Source: Methylorubrum extorquens (GTDB lineage: Bacteria; Pseudomonadota; Alphaproteobacteria; Rhizobiales; Beijerinckiaceae). Taken from it: DNA of 32,000 nucleotides. The notes under the pieces were generated by a model. That model had not been told where the DNA came from and searched no databases. It saw only the letters and a list, made by a program, of their open reading frames with translations. This document shows positions 26,832 to 32,000 of this stretch, one piece after another (positions within the stretch are counted from its first letter, which is position 1; the number at the start of each line of letters is the position of its first letter). A program made the translations under genes and the position numbers. The stretch spans positions 2,280,001 to 2,312,000 of the forward strand of contig LT962688.1 in the NCBI GenBank assembly GCA_900234795.1, in the 5' to 3' direction.

Positions 26832-27272
26832 ATGAGCGAGTCCGCGATCCCCGCCGCCGAGCGGATCGAGCCCGTGACCGCCGAGCAGGCGGACAATGCC
26901 GGCACACCCCTGCGGGTGACGGCGACGCCGGCCGCGCTCGAACTGATCGACGAGCTGAAGGCCGCGTACGGCCCGGTGATGTTCCACCAGTCGGGGGGCT
27001 GCTGCGACGGCTCCTCGCCGATGTGCTACCCCGTGGGCGACTTCATCACCGGCGACGGCGACGTGCATCTGGGTCAGGTCGGCGGCGCGGATTTCTTCAT
27101 CTCGCGCTCGCAGTTCGAGGTCTGGAAGCACACCCACATCATGCTCGACGTGGTGCCCGGCCGCGGCGGTATGTTCTCCCTGGAGAACGGCCGCGAGAAG
27201 CGCTTCCACATCCGCTCGCGCCTGTTCACGAGCGCGGAGAACGAGGCCCTGTCGGGCGCCTGCCACCTGTAG
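26832..27272 (+). CDS. DUF779 family protein
   Basis: ATG at 26832 follows GGAGAGGAAA. The product is 146 aa, with the MFHQSGGCCDGSSPMCYP block and FEVWKHT...LDVVPGRGGMFSLE typical of DUF779. Confidence 0.85.
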   Translation: MSESAIPAAERIEPVTAEQADNAGTPLRVTATPAALELIDELKAAYGPVMFHQSGGCCDGSSPMCYPVGDFITGDGDVHLGQVGGADFFISRSQFEVWKHTHIMLDVVPGRGGMFSLENGREKRFHIRSRLFTSAENEALSGACHL

Positions 27273-27278
27273 CGCGTG

Positions 27279-27309
27279 GTCCCGAGAGCCAGCGGCCGGC
27301 TCTCGGGAC
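27279..27309. terminator. bidirectional hairpin between convergent DUF779 and protease genes
   Basis: GTCCCGAGAGCC-AGCGGCC-GGCTCTCGGGAC forms a 12-bp perfect stem in a 49-bp convergent spacer. Confidence 0.5.
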
Positions 27310-27321
27310 GCGAGCGGCCGG

Positions 27322-29457
27322 TCAGACGAAGAACAGGTCGTTCACCGTGCCGATCAGCGGCGTGTCCCAGGTCCAGTTGGACTGGCCGATCAGGTCGTCG
27401 GCGCGGGTCACGTCGAGCGGGGCGGCGCCCTGCCCCTCGGCGACGAGGTGGTCGTTCTTGAACAGGCGCATGTAGCCGCCATCCGTCACGCTGGCCTGCC
27501 AGTCCGCGGTCTCGCCCTGGACGATCACGTCGTGGGCGGTGATCTGGTGCTTGACCGAGCCGGTGAGGATCTCGAACGCCATGTCGTCGCCGTTCCCGAC
27601 CTGGCCGACCCAGATGTTGTCGCTGTCCCGGCCGTTGCCGGTGTCGAACAGCCGCTGGTAGTGTCCGCCGGCGAGGTTGTCGAAGCGTGCCTCGGCGAAC
27701 ATCGTGAAGGCGCCGTCGATCTCCGGGATGACGTTGTGCGCCGTCACCGTCAGATCGCTCACCGTGCCGATCAGCGGCGTGTCCCAGGACCAGTTGGACT
27801 TGCCGACGAACTCGTTGGCCCGCTCGATGTCCCGCGGCACGACGCCCTGACCCTGGGCCAGCAGCGCGCCGTCCTTGAACAGGCGCATCCAGCCGCCGGC
27901 ATCGACGTCGGCGGTCCACTCGGCTTCCTGTCCCTGGACGATGGCGCCCCTGGCGACGATGCTGGCCGCCTTGCCGCCGTTGAAGACCGTGAACTCCATG
28001 TCGCTCGAGCGGCCGACCTGCCCGATGTTGTCGGAGGCCGGCCCGTTTCCGAAGTCGAAGACGCGCTGCCAGGAACCGCCGGCGAGATCGGCAAACAGCA
28101 CCGTCGCGCTGGCCGTGAACGCGCCGTCGATGTCGGCGACGTCCGTCGCGATCGGATCGTCCGCCTCGGGCGAGAGCGCCAGCTCGAACTTCTGGCTGCC
28201 GGACGGAAGGGCGCCGACCCGGGCTTCGAGATGGGTGAACACGCCCTGGGCCTCCAGCGCGGTGTCGTCGAAGACCAGCGTTTCGATCGAGGCGAGCGTG
28301 TCGAGCGCGCCCGTGGCGATGTGCTTGACCGCGAACGCGCCCGCCGTGGTCGAGGCGTCATAGACGATCGCGTAGTCCCGGCTCTGGCCGGCGAACCGGG
28401 CCGCGTCGATGCCCTCGCCGCCGTCGAGCCGGTCGCTCCCCGTACCCCCCTCGAGGACATCGTTTCCGGCATACCCGAAGAGCGTGTCGTTGCCCGCTCC
28501 GCCGATCAGGGTGTTGTCGCCGTCGTGGCCGCGCAGGATGTCGTCCTTCGATCCGCCGATTGCGGTCTCGATCGCGACGCCGTTGGCGATCAGAAACCCG
28601 CCGTTCAGCTTGTCCGAGGTGGAGACGAAGCCACCGCCGCCGATCTCGTCCTTCAGCGTGGCGGCGCGCAGGTCGATCTTGGCGCGGCTGCTGCCCACGT
28701 ACCGGATGGTGTCGTTGCCGCCGGTGTCCCAGATGGTGTTGAAGCCGGCATTCGTCCGGAGATCGTCACCGAACGTGTAGACGGTGTTGCCCGTGTTGGC
28801 TGCCTTGGCCCCGTACAGGTGCTGCAGGGCGGCGATGTCGATCGGCATGTAGGAGCCGACCGACGCGTTCATGAAGGTCTTGCCGGCGTCCTTGGCCGTG
28901 GTCCACGGATTGTCCTCGCCCCATGCGAAAGGGCTGTACGACATGACGGTGTAGAGCGACGAGTTGAGGAAGTTGGTGCCCAGATCGGCCTCCGATCGGA
29001 CACCCGCGATGGCGCCCGGCCTCTCGAATGGGTGATCGAGGCCGAGGCTGTGGCCGATCTCGTGATACCAGACCTCCGACCATTGCCCCCGGAAGACCAC
29101 GTCCGACGCCTCTGCGACGGTGCCCTGGATCCCGACCGACGTGTGGGTATTACCGTTCGGCATTCCCGGATGCGGATCGAACGAAGACCCGCCGCCACCG
29201 ACCGTCAGGATCTGCCCGAGCGTCGATTCCTCGAACGAGGTCTCATGGAATGTCAGATTCGTGAAACTCGAAATGTTGTCGAAGATCGATTTGTAGAAAC
29301 CGCGCCACTGCCCTTCGTTGAAGTCCGAGATGCCGTTCTGGTCGATGTCCTGAATTTGGAAGCCGTAATTGAGCGTCGTCGCGTCCCACTTGTTGGGGGC
29401 GAGCACAGCGTTGATCAAGCTGCTGTCTGACTTCTCGGAGATACTGGTTTCGACCAT
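27322..29457 (-). CDS. serralysin-like (M10B) zinc metalloprotease with RTX repeats and two tandem LamG/ConA-like C-terminal domains
   Basis: ATG at 29457 follows AGGGGC, and there is no signal peptide. The zinc motif HEIGHSLGLDHP (29032-29064) is followed by Met-turn YTVMSY and DIAALQHLYGA...NTVYTF...TIWDTGGNDT. Six in-register GGxGxDxLx nonapeptides lie at 28396-28557. Two paralogous ~135-aa domains follow (27721-28131 and 27325-27720). The C-terminus is ...NDLFFV. Confidence 0.85.
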   Translation of the reverse strand: MVETSISEKSDSSLINAVLAPNKWDATTLNYGFQIQDIDQNGISDFNEGQWRGFYKSIFDNISSFTNLTFHETSFEESTLGQILTVGGGGSSFDPHPGMPNGNTHTSVGIQGTVAEASDVVFRGQWSEVWYHEIGHSLGLDHPFERPGAIAGVRSEADLGTNFLNSSLYTVMSYSPFAWGEDNPWTTAKDAGKTFMNASVGSYMPIDIAALQHLYGAKAANTGNTVYTFGDDLRTNAGFNTIWDTGGNDTIRYVGSSRAKIDLRAATLKDEIGGGGFVSTSDKLNGGFLIANGVAIETAIGGSKDDILRGHDGDNTLIGGAGNDTLFGYAGNDVLEGGTGSDRLDGGEGIDAARFAGQSRDYAIVYDASTTAGAFAVKHIATGALDTLASIETLVFDDTALEAQGVFTHLEARVGALPSGSQKFELALSPEADDPIATDVADIDGAFTASATVLFADLAGGSWQRVFDFGNGPASDNIGQVGRSSDMEFTVFNGGKAASIVARGAIVQGQEAEWTADVDAGGWMRLFKDGALLAQGQGVVPRDIERANEFVGKSNWSWDTPLIGTVSDLTVTAHNVIPEIDGAFTMFAEARFDNLAGGHYQRLFDTGNGRDSDNIWVGQVGNGDDMAFEILTGSVKHQITAHDVIVQGETADWQASVTDGGYMRLFKNDHLVAEGQGAAPLDVTRADDLIGQSNWTWDTPLIGTVNDLFFV

Positions 29458-29733
29458 GTTTTGCCCCTGGCATGCCGCGGACCGTGCGGCGAACCCTGGG
29501 GCGACAACACCACGCAAAAACTGCTTTTTGATAGTTTAGATACTGCGGATTTTATCGATCGCGCTTTGCAGCCTGCGGTCGTCACGCGCGGGCCACACCC
29601 CGCGTCGGACGCGGCGGCCGGCGGGGCGAGCCGAGAGTCGTGCCCGACCACGTGAGGTCGGGTCACGCCTCCAAGCCTTTGCTGTGACGCGCGTTCTTCC
29701 AACGAACCGGTGGCCGATTCGTCGAAAGGCGCC

Positions 29734-30711
29734 CTAAGCGTCCCGCCGCAGGGCGTGGACCGAGAACAATCCGTCCCGGTCGGTCCAGGCTTCGATCGAG
29801 GCCCAGCCGGCGCGGGCGGCGAGCGCCCGGAAGCCGTCGACTGTGTACTTGTAGCTGTTCTCGGTGTGGATCGACTCGCCCTCCGCGAAGGCGAAGCTGC
29901 GCCCGGCCACGCGCAGGCTCTGCGCCCGGCGGCTGACGAGATGCATCTCGACCCGCGAGGCCTGCGCGTTGAAGAAGGCCCGGTGTGCGAAGCCCTCGAC
30001 GTCGATCGCCGCGTCCAGCTCGCGGTTGATGCGGTGGAGCAGGTTGAGGTTGAACGCAGCGGTGACTCCGGCGGCGTCGTCGTAGGCCGCCTCCAGCACG
30101 TCGCGGTCCTTCACGAGATCGACGCCGATCACCAGCGTCGCGCCCGGGCCGAGAATGCGCCCGAACACGTCGAGGAGGCGCGCCGCCTCGCCGGGCTCGA
30201 AATTGCCGATGGTCGAGCCGGGAAAGAAGCCCGCCAGCGCCCGATCGCGGATGCCGTCCGGCAGAGCGAAGGGCCGGGTGAAATCGGCCACGACCGCCTC
30301 GACCGCAAGATCGGGGAAATCGCCGCGCAGGGCCTGCGCCTGCTCCGTCAGGAACTCGCCCGAGACGTCGACGGGGATGTAGGCCGAGAGACCGGGCAGG
30401 TGCCGCAGCAGGCGCCGCAGCTTGGCGGTCGAGCCGCTGCCGAACTCCACCAGAGCCGCGCCCTGCGGAAGCAAGGCGGCCAGGGCCGGGCCCCGCTCGT
30501 CGAGGATGCGCAGCTCGGTGCGGGTCGGGTAGTACTCGGGCAAGGCCGTGATCTGCTCGAACAAGGCCGATCCGGCGGCGTCGTAGAAGTACTTGGCCGG
30601 CAGCGCCTTCGGGCTCGCCGCCAAGCCGTCCCAGACATCGGCCAGGAACACGCCGTTTTCCGTAACCGGTTCGGCTCGGTGGGAATCCGTCATGCGGGGA
30701 TCGATCGTCAA
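29734..30711 (-). CDS. egtD: L-histidine N-alpha-methyltransferase
   Basis: LPAKYFYDAAGSALFEQITALPEYYPTRTE, VEFGSGSTAKLR, GSTIGNF and HTENSYKY are hallmark EgtD blocks. TTG at 30711 lies 6 nt after GGAGAAGG. The alternative start is ATG at 30693. Confidence 0.9.
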   Translation of the reverse strand: MTIDPRMTDSHRAEPVTENGVFLADVWDGLAASPKALPAKYFYDAAGSALFEQITALPEYYPTRTELRILDERGPALAALLPQGAALVEFGSGSTAKLRRLLRHLPGLSAYIPVDVSGEFLTEQAQALRGDFPDLAVEAVVADFTRPFALPDGIRDRALAGFFPGSTIGNFEPGEAARLLDVFGRILGPGATLVIGVDLVKDRDVLEAAYDDAAGVTAAFNLNLLHRINRELDAAIDVEGFAHRAFFNAQASRVEMHLVSRRAQSLRVAGRSFAFAEGESIHTENSYKYTVDGFRALAARAGWASIEAWTDRDGLFSVHALRRDA

Positions 30712-30768
30712 AGGCCTTCTCCGGGACAGCGGGGCAAACGGTTGTGCGGACAGGGTGCGCGGGTGCGT

Positions 30769-32000
30769 TCAGCTCCCGGCATCGGCGAGCCGCAGGCCCG
30801 TGAACTGCCAACGCTGATGGGGGTAGAAGAAGTTGCGGTAGCCGACCCGCGCATGCCCCTGCGCCGTCGCGACCGAAGAGCCGCGCAGCACGTACTGGTT
30901 CGACATGAACTTGCCGTTGTACTCGCCCAGCGCACCGGGTACCGGCCGGTAGCCCGGATAGGGGCCGTAGGCGCTGCGGGTCCATTGCCAGACGAGGCCG
31001 AAGGCGTCGTCGATCAGGCCGTCGCGGGCGGCGACCTCCCACTCGGCCTCCGTCGGCAGGTCGCGCCCGGCCCAGCGGGCATAGGCATCGGCCTCGTAGT
31101 AGCTGACATGGGCGACGGGGGCCGCCGGATCGACCGGCTTGCGGCCGGCGAGCGACATCGTCGACCAGCCATCCGCCTCGCGCCGCCAGTAGCCCGGCGC
31201 CTCCCAGCCCTCGCGCTGGAGCGCGACCCAGCCGTCGTTGAGCCAGAGTTCGGGCCGCGCGTAGCCGCCGTCCTCCATGAAGGCGAGCCAGTCGCGGTTG
31301 GTCACGAGGCCGCGATCGATGCGGGCCTCCAGCATCAGGACGTCGTGGCGCGGGCTCTCGTTGTCGAAGGCGAATCCATGACCGTCGTAGCCGATCTGGG
31401 TGATGCCTCTTTTCAGGGCAGACTGGCCGGCGGATGCCTGCGCCGCAGGCAGGCTCCAGCGCGCGTTGTAGACCGGATCGAGCGGGTTCTGCGCGAAGGC
31501 GTGCAGGATGTCGGTGAGCATCAGCTCCTGGTGCTGCTGCTCGTGGTAGAGGCCGATCTCCAGGATCGGCAGCGCCCGCGCCAGGGCCTCGTCGGCGGCC
31601 TCGCGCAGCCAGACCGACACCGCGCGATCGACATGGGCGCGGTAGGCGGCGGTCTCCTGGGCCGTCGGCCTCGTGATCATGCCGCGCATGAAGCGCGGCT
31701 GCCGGGGGCCGGCCTGCACGTAGTAGGAATTGAACAGGTAGTGCAGGCGCTCGTCGAAGAGGCGGTAGCCCGGCTGATGGTCTCCGAGAAGGAACTGCTC
31801 GAAGAACCACGTCGTATGCGCCCGATGCCACTTGGTCGGGCTCGCATCCTCCATCGACTGGATCTGCTGATCCTCGGGCGAGAGAGGGGCGGCCCGGCGC
31901 TCGGTCTCCTCACGCACGGTGCGGAAGGCGGCGATCCAGGCATCGCGGTCGATCGGGCGGGCGTCGAGCGGGGGCGGCGGGAAGGCCGCGCCGCTCTCAG
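30769..32000 (-). CDS. egtB: ergothioneine biosynthesis sulfoxide synthase EgtB (DinB-like + FGE-sulfatase domains); 5' end outside window
   Basis: SMEDASPTKWHRAHTTWFFE (DinB_2 region) is followed by the C-terminal FGE-like domain (WQWTRSAYGPYPGY...VLRGSS..T...R.GYRNFF). The frame stays open upstream of the track start (GTG 31917) to the window edge (...DAWIAAFRTVREETERRAAPLS...), so the true start is beyond 32000. Confidence 0.9.
   Translation of the reverse strand, partial: ESGAAFPPPPLDARPIDRDAWIAAFRTVREETERRAAPLSPEDQQIQSMEDASPTKWHRAHTTWFFEQFLLGDHQPGYRLFDERLHYLFNSYYVQAGPRQPRFMRGMITRPTAQETAAYRAHVDRAVSVWLREAADEALARALPILEIGLYHEQQHQELMLTDILHAFAQNPLDPVYNARWSLPAAQASAGQSALKRGITQIGYDGHGFAFDNESPRHDVLMLEARIDRGLVTNRDWLAFMEDGGYARPELWLNDGWVALQREGWEAPGYWRREADGWSTMSLAGRKPVDPAAPVAHVSYYEADAYARWAGRDLPTEAEWEVAARDGLIDDAFGLVWQWTRSAYGPYPGYRPVPGALGEYNGKFMSNQYVLRGSSVATAQGHARVGYRNFFYPHQRWQFTGLRLADAGS

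Noticed and set aside
22280-29430. Long plus-strand ORFs 22280..24058, 24078..25745, 25866..26831 (upstream part) and 27448..29430
   Set aside because: All are antisense to cysG, nasA or the protease. All have Arg/Gly/Asp/Ala-rich low-information translations and lack motifs.
29663-31831. 722-aa minus-strand ORF running through egtD and egtB in another frame
   Set aside because: It is on the same strand but out of frame with two well-supported genes. The translation is extremely Arg/Pro/Gly-rich.

Overview
High-GC (roughly 70%) alphaproteobacterial chromosomal segment. Gene content, the egtBD pair and the style of GC-rich palindromic repeats suggest Hyphomicrobiales, possibly Methylobacteriaceae, but that is inference only. 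I support about 27 protein genes, mostly housekeeping.

Gene order:
- A beta-oxidation cluster: acyl-CoA dehydrogenase, thiolase and a FadB/FadJ-like fusion enzyme, interrupted by a secreted DUF2059-like protein and a stand-alone EAL protein.
- Pmp3/YqaE, a YdcZ-type DMT transporter and YjbQ.
- A ligase-associated DNA-damage module: MBL-fold exonuclease plus ATP-dependent DNA ligase.
- A TPR-methyltransferase and YoaK.
- The conserved arfB-bolA / J-domain / cobS-cobT block.
- DUF4260, a small ORF, an orphan substrate-binding protein, a processive-type GT2 synthase and SCO1/SenC.
- nasA-cysG (assimilatory nitrate reductase plus siroheme synthase) and DUF779.
- A serralysin-RTX protease with two C-terminal LamG-like domains.
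- egtD-egtB (ergothioneine); egtB runs off the 3' edge.

I found no rRNA, tRNA, CRISPR array, IS element, integrase or prophage genes. The many long ORFs antisense to or out of frame with these genes are the usual high-GC artefacts.

Most noteworthy:
- The DNA ligase carries an in-frame, roughly 150-bp palindromic repeat element inside its N-terminal domain.
- The same ligase is separately broken by a 1-nt excess in a C6 run.
- A processive GT2 synthase has a T2SSE_N/MshEN-like N-terminal domain.
- The RTX metalloprotease has no secretion genes next to it and contains an internally homogenised domain duplication.
- The nasA-cysG spacer is strongly structured, and a sigma-54-like promoter lies upstream of nasA.

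I did not find a clear multi-gene novel system such as a defence island. All family calls rest on motifs read by eye, and no database search was possible.
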